DNA from: Klebsormidium nitens
Taxonomy: Eukaryota; Plantae; Klebsormidiophyceae
NCBI GenBank assembly: GCA_000708835.1
Contig: DF237021.1
Coordinates: 175,624-239,623, forward strand
Length of the DNA: 64,000 nucleotides
Direction of reading: 5' to 3'
Part shown: piece by piece, positions 1 to 12,037 of the stretch
Layout: each line of letters opens with the position of its first letter
Position numbering within the stretch: position 1 is the first letter of the stretch
Translations under genes and position numbers: made by a program
Notes under the pieces: model-generated
The model's input: the letters and a program-made list of their open reading frames with translations, nothing else
Databases searched by the model: none
Told to the model about the DNA's origin: nothing

Positions 1-212
1 GGCATCGTGTCAGAACACATGTGTGCAAGGGCGTCCGGAACTCCGAAAATTGGCCCTCGCCGGGGGGGGGCTGGAGGCTGGTGGGAGCAACATCTAGGGG
101 CAATTTTACCCCTAGGTAAAATCGGGCATTCTAATTGGAGGGGGGAGGGCTGGAGGCCGGTTTTATTTTCGGAGTTCCGGACGCCCCTGCAGACATGTTT
201 TGACACGATGCC
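1..212. mobile_element. MITE-like foldback element with ~48-50 bp terminal inverted repeats
   Basis: Positions 1-50 (ggcatcgtgtcagaacacatgtgtgcaagggcgtccggaactccgaaaat) match the reverse complement of 165-212 (ggcatcgtgtcaaaacatgtctgcaggggcgtccggaactccgaaaat) apart from a 2-nt indel and a few mismatches. There is a central palindrome ATTTTACC-CCTA-GGTAAAAT and no credible coding capacity. The left flank and target-site duplication lie outside the window. Confidence 0.75.
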
Positions 213-889
213 TGGCTCTCACAGACGCGTCCTCTACTGAGCTGCAGCCACCAGCTCTAGCTGGTTTCTCAATATCATGCGGCCATGCAGAGTGACTGTT
301 GGTGACCCGTGACCACATGACTCATCCAACGTGCTTAATCGTTCCCGTTCCCGATCCACCACATGTGCCCCGCACAATTCTAAATCACGATATATACAGT
401 TCCTTGCATCGCTGTTTGTGTCCCCAGGGTGTGGACCGGGAATATGTTGCGGATCATGCAAAATTAGCCCCATGCCTCGTCATGTGCATCATCCTATTCA
501 GAAGTATCCATATTGCGCGATAGCCAAGCTTAGTGGCAATACGGGAAAAATAGAACCATGCTTGGCAACTCTATCCAGGTACTGGTATGCGTAACTTCAA
601 ATCCACATGACCAGGCCTGTCGCCCATACCGAAAGCGCGTCCAGAGGAACAGGTCAACTAACTGTCCGAGGCTTTTGAAGCTTCTTGACCATTTAACAGA
701 TCAAAAACGGAAATATAACTTTGTCTTGAGACCGTTTTATTTTCTAAAGCCCTTATCGATGGCTCTGCACCGAACAAGAAAATCTTAGACGAACATCCAA
801 ATTTACCAGAATTCTGTACAGACTTTTTGACACCTATGTGCTAAGACCTGCGTGCATGACAGAGGACCTGAAAGCTTCCACGGCTTGCT

Positions 890-2462
890 TCAAGCGGCTG
901 CTGCTTGTAATTGCTCCTCCTGTGTATCTGCTGCTGGGTTTGCCTTTTGCCGCTTTGCTTTGATATCCGCAATCGCCGCCTTGATTGCATCTTCCGCAAG
1001 CATGCTGCAGTGAAGCTTGACAGGCGGGAGCACGAGGTGCTTTGCAATCTCGCTGCAGGGAAGCAACATATGAAGTCAGGTGCGGCCAGCATGCACGAAG
1101 CGACACTCGATACATATTTGGCTAGTGCTTCTCTTCACCAAAACAGTATTATGATGAGCTCCGACTTGCGGTTCGTGGCATGGCAACCTACTTATCGGCC
1201 AAGCTGACAGAGCAGGGACAAGGAAAGTCGATTCTACGCCTCACCAAGAGAAGCAACTCGGAATCTCAGATCTCTCACTTGGTCAAGCGGTCTGATCCCT
1301 TGATATGTACTGTGAAACTTGTTTTGAACGGTTATCTTTTTTTCTCTCACATGGCCGACGCAAAAAGAAGGGGCACCACATCAACCCTTTCCAAAGCCCT
1401 GCCAACCAGGCAGCGGGGTGGCCGAAAATGAATCCTCCTTTTCTCAATCGAAGCACGCAACATGCCCAAAGTCATCAGGGCGGAGGGGCAGAACGCGCTT
1501 CTGTTGCATCTGATAAGATCGCTTAGAAGGCTTGCAACAATCCTGCAACATGCAACCGCAGAGCAGCGCAGAAAGCGATTGCATCGTAAGTAGGGTAAAG
1601 TTCAGGGGGAAAATATATCTCACGTGTTCTTGATCTTCAGCGCCTCATCCATAGCCTTCCCTTTGATCCACTCGGTTGCTGCAGGCGTAAAGCAACGAAT
1701 CCATTAAGAGGTTGTGCTAAGCTAATCAATACTTTCTGCAGCAAGTCATTCAGAAATATGACCAGATAAAGCTGACGCAGCAGTCCTTTTGACCGCAGAA
1801 TGATGGGAAAACAGAGCGTGGCCTGCCACAAACCCATGCACAACCTTGCGGTGCGGAGCTTGTGGCACATCTTCACAATTCCTCACTTAAGCAGCATTGC
1901 ACCATGCACGAAGAAAAGTCCGGGTAAGCCCAAACCTTAACAGCAACGGGCCAAGCCTGTCTTTAAAGCCCGATGATAAAGGTTGCCCGACCAAGGACCA
2001 TGAAAATAGAGCATGGAATAGGTTCTGTCCATCCGAAACACTTCCCTTTCAACCTCTCCTTAAAAGACACAAGCTACCCAGAAAGATTTTCCTACAAGTG
2101 CTGTTGCAAACTGATATACTTCCAAGGAAATAGCTGCGCCACTAAGTAATGTTGTGAGCCCACTTACCCACAGAGGACGACGCAATTGCTGAGCCACACC
2201 CGAAAGTCTTGAAGCACGAGTCTATGATCTCCCCGTTCTCATTAACCCTTATCTGCAGCTTCATGACATCACCGCAAGCTGGAGCCCCGACCAGACCCGT
2301 CCCGACATTGGTGTCGTTCTTATCAAATGACCCGACGTTCCTCGGCTTGTTGTAGTGATCTACCACGTTCTTATGATAAGCCCGTGCAGCAGATGCTGCA
2401 CCTAGGTTGCTTCGCAGGGTGCCCGCGCACCTGAGGCCCCTGCCCGCTAGGGCGCCTGACAT
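890..2462 (-). CDS. ISU1: Mitochondrial Fe-S cluster scaffold protein IscU/ISU1 (3 exons)
   Basis: Exons complement(2168..2462, 1624..1678, 890..1052) with GT-AG introns and matching phases. The protein carries the IscU motifs YHKNVVDHYNKPRNVGSF, GLVGAPACGDVMKLQI, FKTFGCGSAIASSS, ATEWIKGK and LPPVKLHCSMLAEDAIKAA. The N-terminus is Arg/Ala-rich, like a presequence. Confidence 0.96.
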
Positions 2463-3238
2463 ATCGACCTTTTGCCTGACAGAATCGTTCCTTCTTTGCA
2501 CCTCTCCTTGCACTAGCCAAGATGCTTAGCAGCTGACAAGCGCCGGATTAAGTAAGGAATGACAAGATTTCGAAATGCTTGCGCTTTCTCGTGGGCTCCC
2601 TGTAGGCTGTAGAAATGCCTGGGCTTCGTGTACAGCTAGGGACTCGGAGTCGTTGTCGGAGCCTGCTGTATTTGCTACGCCATCATCTTCCTCTCCCAAG
2701 TGCAACTAGGTTCGCGAATATCTATTATGAGGTTATGTACTCGAACCCTCTCGGTACAAAGTTAGAACTTTATTAGCTTGTGTGGTCGACGAGTGTTGAG
2801 AGTGCAAAAGTTCTGCATCGAGGGCCTATACTTGCCACGTCACACTGTACTTTATAGGTGACGTCAGAGAATCTGGAGGAGGATCAAAGGTCTTCTGACC
2901 GCCGTCCGTTCTTCCAGAGTGGCGCATCTGACGCTTGAGAAACCCCTGAAGCTCGCTTAGGCCCAGGGACTTGGCACGAGAGAGCAGTACTTAGATACCG
3001 AAGAGGGAGGAGGAAGAGGAAGGCCCAGTCATGAGTCCAGGAGTCGTAGGACTAGCAGAGGAGCTAGTAGAGCCTGGAGAAAGGAGAGCACAGGGGGAAG
3101 GGCGCAGAAGCTGGGGAGCAATCTGGTTTGGTTTTGAAGTTCTGTAACGTCTGTAACGTCTGAAAAGCAGGGCCCGCCATACATTCCATTCTCAGAGGGC
3201 ATTGCTGCGTCTCGAAATAGACTTGGAGGGCGGCCTAA
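2463..3238. promoter_or_regulatory. Divergent intergenic promoter region between ISU1 and YCF54
   Basis: 776 bp lie between the head-to-head ATGs. The region contains GCCACGTCA (~2834) and the palindrome TGACGTCA (~2860), both ACGT-core bZIP-type boxes. Their function is inferred only. Confidence 0.4.
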
Positions 3239-6200
3239 ATGGCGCTTGCCGGAGCTATCAAAGTAGCCACTAGCGGGAGGGCCGCTTTTGCGGCTTCTCA
3301 GGATAGCGCACTTTCAAAGAAGTGGGAGCAATGCCAACAACACCGTGCGGTTTACATGGGGGCAAAGCCCTCAACAGCAAACCTTCTGAACAACTCAATC
3401 ATTGGCGAAAAGTCGGCTCTTTCAGCGGGTAGACCTGTGGGGCCAGTCCATCGCACTCGGAGGGATGTTTGCAGAGCTGTCGCTGCGCAAGATGTAAAGA
3501 GCGCGGAGAGTGAAACGGCCACTGGCGACAAGGTGGGTTGCTCGGTAGAAGAAGTTTGCTTTGCGGCTCTGGTTAGTCATCGGGGATTGGAAAAGAATTG
3601 AATCAAACGAGTCTGCAGTTGCTTCGCCGCGGTCCGTGACGCTTGTCATGGACTCAATTTCAGTATATCATTACCAATGCCACAAGAGAGACACCTTGAC
3701 ATTGCTCGATGGTCGTTGCAAACCAGTGTGACAGTAGGAAACCCTCAAAGATTTTCGTGAGGGCTCCTAACCATTCTCCTCACAGTCAACGTTGTCCTAC
3801 TTTTCTGGTGTCTCCTCTCTTGTGCTGCCACAATCCCTGCAGCACCTGGAAACCTTTGAGGCGCCACCCTAATGCCACCTGTGGCGCCATTAGGAGCGGT
3901 TTGACAATGTGGTGGTGGCAGATTTATAATTCATAGCATCCATGGGAGTTGGACAGGTGCTTGAAGACCACTTCATTTTTGAATGTGCATCCCTCTGGTT
4001 CTCCGGTGCTCATACCTGGTTTGTTGATCACCAACTCAACCGCTGGTGGTCAGAGCGGTCCAGGACCTGCATTTTGTCTTCATTGTTGTCAGCATCATGC
4101 AAACCAGATGCTAGCAATGCTGTATCAATGGTAGCATTAGGGTTTGCAAGGGGGTGACACGAGTCTCTCAGGTCAGCAGCCGCTTGAATATTCGAGCTGT
4201 CTTGAATTTGTCAAATGCTAAGTCGTTGTGAATGTGGTCTGTTTTCTGCCAAGGCACCACTTGAACACCCGGCATATCCGTCAAAATGTGTCACCCAAAT
4301 GTTGAAGCACTGATTGACAAAAGATCACCCCCCTCGTAATAGTCATGCCAATATCAGCTGCACGCTGTAAAACCGATTCTGATGGATGCTCCTGAGTGGC
4401 ACCCCTAGGGCATTGTTAGCTTGCTTCTTATCAGGCATAAGTGCTGCCCTCATGCGGCAAATGCAAGTCTTCAAGCAAACTGATTTGTACTCTGTCACCA
4501 AAGATCGGCATGCCAAAACGGTGACAGACTTGGCGCTGGTTTTGATATTCAACCAGCTTTCTAGAAAGTTTACCATTTTTATTTCCCATGGCACAAGTAG
4601 CTTGCTTATTTGCAAAGGATTGTTCACTTGATGTCCACCAAACATTGATGCAGATCTTCTTCTTTAGAATGTACCTCAGTTATGTTCCCTGTTGCTGGCA
4701 AAATTACAACTCATATTGCCCACCCTTTTCATCAGACTTGTCCTCTGGGTTTTACCACACAGTATCGGAAGCGGATAACTCCTTCCAGGTGGCTTTTCTT
4801 CCTTGAACCCAGCCTTCGTCAGGTCCCTTCCTTCTTCAGGTTCCTTCCTATCGAACATGTCTTCCGCTCAAACACGTCTTCCGCCAGGAAGTTTCTTACA
4901 AGCCACACCTCCCTTCTTATGAAATCCTTGTTCTTGACAAAGTTTCTGCTTCACCAACCTTTTCTTTACGCTGCGGGAATATCTGCATGGCTTCAACTTT
5001 TCCACTGTTGACAGGATTAGATACCTTTCCACATAAACCTTTGGCTCCCAAAACAATTCTCCTTGCCAGACTCTTCCTCCTGAGCTTCTAATCGAGTGTA
5101 CATTGTGCGATTGTTGACTTCACTAGTTGCTTAGATTTTCACCATCTGCAGGTTGGAAATCGCTGGGATTGCCCGGTTCTGTGATGCAGCTCTAGTTAGT
5201 CCAGTCTCAGTCAATCACAGCTTTCTGGACTCCTCTTGTTTAGAGGCACAACCACCTGTTTGTTGTTGCCACTTCTGGTTCATGTTAAACTCGAATATGA
5301 CTGTCCCGTTCTGCTTCAGTGATCCTTTGTAGCGTGACTCGGAATCCGTCTCTTTCTCTGGTTGAATCAATTTGGTCTTTGTCGCTAAAGCACGTTTCAT
5401 TCAGCACATCCGCGCAGTGATCAGAATTGAGCGTTCCACCTGTTCTCAAAGCGTCAAACTTCTTTGGTCGACTATTTGTTCCCTTTTTGACAGGTTGCTC
5501 CGGTCATGTGGCAATGCGCATAGCACACCATTTTCCCACTTGCACCCAGCTTAGAGAGTCCTGGATTCACCATATTGTGTCAGGTCAATTACACATTCGT
5601 TTTGGCCGACATCAACTTCAGGCTTTTGTAGGAGAAGCACTCTTTGGGGCTGCCGAAGTTCTCACTTGCAGTGACGAGAGAAACATAAACTCCATCAAAT
5701 TTAATCAGGTCAAATACCCCTTCGCTGTGGCCAACGAGTCGATCAATTTTCTGCAGGTCAAATACTCCTTCGTTGTGGCCAACGCCAAGTTCATGCTGTG
5801 GGAGGAGGAGCACTTCGTGGAGCTGATGAAGGAGCGGCTTCGCTACTACGAGGAGCAGAACCGGGAGCTCGACTTCTGGATTGTCTACGAGCCCGAGTTC
5901 CTCCAGAACTTCCCCGACATCACAAAGCGCCTCGGGCGCCCGGCCGTCGCGCTCGTCTCGAGGGACGCCACCTGGATCACGTGAGCGGTTTGTTGTCGTA
6001 TTTGGAGAACCAACCTGCTTAGCTGTCTGATCTCGTTCTTAGCTGTCCGTTCACCTTATCAGATGTGAGAACTTCCTTCTTATGAGTCGGTCTAGAAAGC
6101 CAGCAGAGGCTTGCGCTTCCATACCGACCGGAAATCTGCATTTCGATCGTCCGTTGACTGTCGGTATGCATCTCGAATGTGCCACTCATCCTTGGTTCTG

Positions 6201-7381
6201 GGTGTTCTAGACAGGAAGCCGATGTGTTGGTTATGTGACTTCGCGAGGTGCTGAAGGTCCTTTGCAGAGGCCCGTCTTGAATATTGTATGGTTGAATGGA
6301 TTTGACAGATGCTACCAACGCAATGCCTTTCACTACTGGTTTGAATTGACTGGTTTGCTTGAGATTTGCAGTTGGTTCGTGTGGTGCCGGCTGACTCGAC
6401 TTACTCTGTAAAACTCGTCTTGATGGTGGCACCCTGAACATTCCCAGTCTGTTCTTTCCTTGAGCGTTTCGGAAGCGCCCAACTTGGTGAAGTCAAACTG
6501 AACCTCTTTGCCATTGCGGCCCCTTGTTCTGGTCCGCCTTGTCAGGTTCAGTTCGGTTCATCTGACGGTATGTGAATTTTCTAGGTTGCCGTCCGTTCTG
6601 CAAAATCGATTCCTTTTGCGTGTTTATTTTGGATGTAAGACTGCATATGGTCAGATCAGCTGAAATACATGCTGGTGCGGGCCAGCCAGGACGTAGTTCG
6701 GGTAGATTACCTTGGGGGAATAATGAGAAGGTTTTGTCCGAAGAAGCGTTACAGGTCTACCGGCACTCGCTGTTTATGTACATGGTTTGAGCAAGGAAAG
6801 GATCTTTTCATGTCTTCCGCAGGCTTCCTATTTTGGACAAGCTCGATCGTCTTCAGGTTGGACCAAGTCCCATGTCGTGACTGGACGTCGCCTTTGACCA
6901 TCCTTTAACTGAAACATTTGTCATTTTGTCCAAGAATACTGACAAGGTTTCTGCTATCCCTTAATCTTCCATGACTCTGAAAGGCACAATCAGCTTGACG
7001 GAGTCCAGGAGCTTTGGCTCTGCTTCGACCTGCCTGTCCGGCTTACCCTCTGATATTTGTTCTCCTTCTGTCCTCCCCCCAGTCCTCACCCATTACCTCC
7101 TACCTGTTCGTTGATGTCGACTAGCATCTCGTGATAAAGAATGAAGTTACGTGTCAAGCGTTGAAAATAGGTTCTTGCTTTGAGCAATTTCTTTCCTGTA
7201 CCGCAGGTTCATGAAGCTGCGACTCGACCGCGTGTTGAAGGGGGAGTTCGAAGCGTCTGCAAACGCTGCGGAAGCCTTGAAAGGAGAGACGCCAAAGGCC
7301 GACTTCAAGCGACCAGAGCCCTGGACCGCCCCGTACTCAAAGTACGAGGACAAGTGGTGGGAGCCGTTCCTGCCCAAGTAG
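3239..7381 (+). CDS. YCF54: Chloroplast YCF54 (LCAA) protein, partner of Mg-protoporphyrin IX monomethyl ester cyclase (3 exons)
   Basis: Exons join(3239..3532, 5757..5980, 7207..7381) with consistent phases. Exon 1 resembles a transit peptide. The core KYSFVVANAKFMLWEEEHF...DFWIVYEPEFL...RPAVALVS...WITFMKLRLDRVL...WTAPYSKYEDKWWEPFLPK* matches plant YCF54. Confidence 0.93.
5706..5740 (+). repeat. Tandem duplicate of the YCF54 exon-2 acceptor and first ~28 coding nt
   Basis: caggtcaaataccccttcgctgtggccaacg (5706-) versus caggtcaaatactccttcgttgtggccaacg (5754-). The offset is 48 nt, in frame, with no stop between the two AG sites. Confidence 0.85.
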
Positions 7382-7719
7382 AGCGCACGGGGGCTTTCCA
7401 TAATTGACTGAGGTTCAGCTAACCCCAAATGCTTTGCTGGGGGACGTTTTGCACGGAGGCTGGTCGATGACGAGACAATGAGCGGTCACACAGTCTGTAG
7501 TGAGTAAAGGAAGTTGTCAGGATGTTCGGTTGTCCCCGCAGTAAGAACGAACGTAGAGACAGGTTCAGCTCACCGGCCAACCACTGTGAAGGCAGGCATG
7601 CCAGCCTGCTGCATAAGTTGTTGAGACTCGTCCGGCCTTAATTTTGCAATCACGATGAGCGCTTGTCGTTTTTCGGCTTCATTGACTCGGGTCGTTTAGC
7701 TTTAGACATCCATGCCTAA

Positions 7720-7814
7720 GGGCGCTGACCCGCGTCATTGCTAGCCATCCGGGCGCCGCCTGGGTGGCATAGGCTCTCTAGAGACGCCCGTTCCGGACTC
7801 AGAGGTCAGGGCCC
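7720..7814. other. GC-rich multi-stem structured element downstream of YCF54
   Basis: The outer stem GGGCGCTGACC (7720-7730) / GGTCAGGGCCC (7804-7814) pairs at 10 of 11 positions. The inner 11-bp stem is GCCATCCGGGC-GCC-GCCTGGGTGGC (7744-7768), and there is a TCTCTAGAGA palindrome. No known RNA family was recognised. Confidence 0.35.
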
Positions 7815-9083
7815 GCAGTATCTTATATATTGCAGGCTAGGCGGCCTGCCAGGAATGCCCCTTTCTCCTGGACAGAGCTCCACGGCGTCGGTCATGCTGG
7901 CCTAACCTCAATACGAATGGCAGAGCCGGAAGCATTCTCACCACTTGCGGTCCTCAAGATAGCAAGAATGATTCCGTCTGAAGGACAAGTCAGACACTTG
8001 TTCCGTCTTCCATGCTTATCATTATAATGTATTGTCCGAGTCAATCGATTTACGGTATTTGCGTATAATAAATCGTCCATATCGACCTTAATGACGAAAT
8101 TTGGCATGGAGGATCGATTGCGCGGATGACGGTTCTTGACATTCTGAAATTCCTAAAGGTTTATACGGGATACTACGTACTGCATGTAGCATATCTGAGG
8201 GCCCCCACCGCGTGGCATACTTTCACAACCACGCGTCGAGTGCAGCCTTAGTTTATAATATTACACACATGGTCGGAGATAACGGCTATAGCTATACTGC
8301 GCCTCGAGTAATGATATATAGCTAGTTCGAACATGTGCATACATGCCATATCGATATCATGCAGACTCGATCATGTACCACGGTTTATATCGGTACGTTG
8401 CAAAGGTCGCATTTGTTGAAGCTGGCGTGCAACCATGCACATGATGCATGCCACATTATGATGCATCATTCCCATATAAACGAGCTAGTACAGCTTCGGA
8501 GCATCCCAGGGCTTGGAACGAACAGTACATGAAGGACAGCGACTGAGCCTGCTTAGTATAGCCTATCATAGTATGGCTTAGCGGCCTTCTGCATTGATCA
8601 TTGCCTGACTCGTTGTCAAACAATTTGCAGGCGCCATCTTTCTAGGGTCATTTGTGCTCACCTGAGTGCCCGCTACTTCAAAGCTTCCCAGGCCCGTCAT
8701 TCATACTCCAGATGAAGAGGTGAGCTGACTGCAATAATGATGCTCAGTAGTACCTTGTGACGAAGCAACACGTGCAAACTAGCTCGATCATAAGCTGACT
8801 ACGTGCCAACACTTGCAGACGTTTGCAAGCTCGTCGAACACTGGTTCAACGAAAGGTCTATCAGAAACAAAAGGCAAGCTCTTTATTTGGCCAGAATCAA
8901 GCACAGGTCTACTCGTAGCAACCTCTTTGTCTCTGGTGCTAATCCAGGCCCCGTCGAAGCGGCCTCCCATAAATGGATAATCCTGGCTGCTACACTCCCG
9001 CAAAGCTAGACAAGCTGCAATCGAACGTTCCCTATTGTTTTGACATCCTAAGGACCTGCTATGGATTCTGTTGAAGGTCTATG

Positions 9084-12037
9084 TCAATCCTCCACAAGCC
9101 TGCCAAGGGTCTCGATAACCTGTTTCAAGTTGTACTTAGTCACCGGATCGCCCAGGAAGCCACTCAGATCCTGGCTGATGGTCTGCAAAGCCGGAAAGGA
9201 GTCGAGGGCTTCAGTCACGCGAACCGTCACTCCTGGCTCAAGTGACTCAGGTACTTGTAACAGCTACGTCCTAAGTAGCCAGGTTTGCTTTATTACGATT
9301 TACCGTATCAGCAATGAGTTTTAATCGGGAAGTGATGACCTTGTGGCCGACTTCGGCCCAGTCTGTTGTGCCTGATACACGACCTGCGAACGAACCTTCT
9401 GAGAAGATTGCTAACGATCTGGGTCTCTAGGACGATTGCAGTTATTGAAGGCAAGAGCCTCACCTCGATGTTCTTCAGCGTGCCTGTCAAGTCCTTGACC
9501 GAGTCTCTTAGGTGCGCAAGGTTGCCGTCTGTCAGCACCGCGTTGTTCATTCTCCTAAACAAAGAAAGCAAGTGGAGCGTGTTGGATCAGCGAGTACCCC
9601 AATCAGATCTGAAGAAACAGCTGACGTAATCCCCTCTCACGAGATTACCACTCGCACCTATTGGTACCAAAAGGTCGCTCCCTTCTGACACGTAAATCAA
9701 AGATGATCATTCAATTGTACTCATCACAAGTTTTTCGAGCTGATTTTCTTGACGAAATAGCAAAGCACGATTCGCGCGGTTGTGTTGCATTCGGATCAGA
9801 ACCTGAGGGAAGAATCTCAAGTACCTGAAAGTGAGACTTCTGGAAAATGAACTGCGAGGTCAGCAGACTTCAAGCAGATGCCAGACGACATACTGACCCC
9901 AAATTGAAAGTGCCACGTGGCAAGTTGGTAGCGCCAGCAATCTGACGACTCGGAGGCAGACTCTAACTTGTAGCCTTCTCCTTTGCAGATTTCGAATCCC
10001 TCCCAATCATGATAGTTCTAAGAAGTCACTCTTCTTTGCTCTTTGTGGTGAATCTAAGAAGCACCGGGCCAGCTGCAGAGAATAATCTGTAGTCACGTTT
10101 TTGAAAGAACAAAAGTCGTTCAGGGTGTGATGTTATGACAAACAAGTCTCCCAACCAGGCCCCTGATATCTCTCCTCTGAGTAACGCGCAACTGGCCCTC
10201 ACCTGATGTCTTGGGACAACGATGTCGCGACCACCATCAGGTTCTGCAGCGCAGTCACCGACTTGCCCTCTCGCACCTCTTTCAGGAGGGGCCCAACGTC
10301 CTCCGCCATTTTGTCAACCTGCGCCCCAATGTGCAGGCAGACTCTTAGAATTAGCAAAGTTTGGGGCCGCTGAGGAGATCAGGATACAGAAATGGGGCAA
10401 AGTGTCTGCACAACCTTGCCTGCCTGCCAGGCGATCACAGCGCGAACCTAAGACACAGGTACAATGTACCAGAATGGAGCGGCAGACACTGGATCTATAC
10501 ATTGTTGCGCTGTACTTTCAGCGTGACGAACTCAAACCAGCTGAATAAGCGGTCATTGAATCCCATGTTACGAAGCATAAAGTTCTGTTGCAATTGCAAC
10601 AGGATCGCAAGCACACCCGCAAAGAGGCGCTGCAAATTGCCAGATCATGATGCGTTTGCACCCGCCTCGTATGGACTACTATGCAGCGTGCGCGCTGTCG
10701 TTATCACCAGCCTGGCTTCTCGTTGACACCAAGAATGCGGACCCTAGCTTCAATGAGGCTGATTAGAAGCTCCTCAGCGGACAAACAAAGTCCTAGGATC
10801 TTGCGGCAACATCTCCTGCTGTGTCCGAGTCACGGCAACATCCCGGAATGCGTGACCTCTCTCCTACCTTAAGTGCAGCCAAGGTTCCTTCAATTGCCGT
10901 GTAGAAAACCATGCTAATCAATCTCAGGCATTCTTTAACTTGCTTCAAATGCATTGCAATTTCCTCCCTCTCCTTCCTGTTCTGGAGGAGACAAATGAAG
11001 CAGCTGCAACAAAATAAACAGAAAGTGAGAGTCTTGTTTACCTGCAGTAAAAGGGGCCTCGTATCTGCAAGCGCCTGCTTCACCGCGGCCGCCGTCTCAA
11101 ACATTTTGTCAATCCCCTGCGCGTCCATCTGCTTTGCAATCTTCGTGCAGACCCCCACGAGCTCGTCCAGACTCACGCCCTGCTCGCCCTTGATCTTATG
11201 CCGGTCGCACACGATCAGCCCCTCCTCATCGCACCCCGCGTCGAGCGGCCCGTACTTTGGCGCGGGGATCGGATGCCGCGGCGTGATGTCAATCAGCGTC
11301 TCGCTGATCAGACCGCTTTGATTCACTTCTACCAGCGCATTGCGAGGAATGACGACCGCCTGGTCTTGCAACTCGACAACCACGTCAATTGCCGCCAGCG
11401 ACGGCTTCACCTTTACGGCCTGACCGACGTCCACCCCCCGGATCCTCACAGGAGTCCCAACCGTGATCCCGCACGCTTGTTGAAACTCAACCACCGCCGT
11501 GTACTTGTGCGAGCGTGAGCGGACTTGCTGGCCTTTTATCCACGCAAAGACAAGCATGAGCAAACCCGCCCCGACCATGATGAAGAGGCCGACGCCGCCC
11601 TCCCACATGCTGCGCCGGCCGTAGCCAAAGTTGCGCAGCGGCTGCGTCAGCTGCATCCATATTGCTTTAGGCAGGTTCACGACCGTGGGCCGCTTTTGCT
11701 CCGCAGGGGGCGGTTTTTCGGCCTCGTATGCAGCAACCAATCTGTACCGGGCATTGTGAGGGGGGGCTATGCGCTTTTGCTGACGGAGGGACGGCAATCC
11801 AAGACAAAGACTGTGTGAGCTGCTGAGCACAGGCGGGCCTGCATGCAGGAATGCAGGGTTATTGGGGAGCGCTTGAGGGGGCTTGAGGCAACTAGGCGCA
11901 AGACTGCGCCGGGAGCGAATGGGGATTGCAGGGAATGAACAGGCTGCTATATGGTGTGGTCTAAGTGCACAACTGGATGAGAATGCGCCCGGATTGGCCT
12001 GCGGCACTCCCAAAGGACTGCGGAGCAATGCAGCCAT
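9084..12037 (-). CDS. TGD2: TGD2-like MCE/MlaD-domain chloroplast lipid-transport protein (4 exons)
   Basis: Exons complement(11042..12037, 10203..10318, 9464..9554, 9084..9182) with GT-AG boundaries. The protein has a transit peptide, the segment GYGRRSMWEGGVGLF with a TM helix, the MCE domain (ACGITVGTPVRIRGVDVG, VEVNQSGLISETLIDITP, CDEEGLIVCDR) and a C-terminus (TLKNIETISQDLSGFLGDPVTKYNLKQVIETLGRL) resembling Arabidopsis TGD2. Confidence 0.93.

Noticed and set aside
7-240. 77-aa ORF at the window start
   Set aside because: It runs through both MITE inverted repeats and has no protein features.
9912-9924. GCCACGTGGCAA in a TGD2 intron
   Set aside because: It lacks the TGA ending and the downstream hairpin, so I treated it as an ordinary G-box rather than an array monomer.
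10911-11818. Plus-strand ORFs overlapping TGD2 exon 1
   Set aside because: They are antisense shadows of the TGD2 coding exon.
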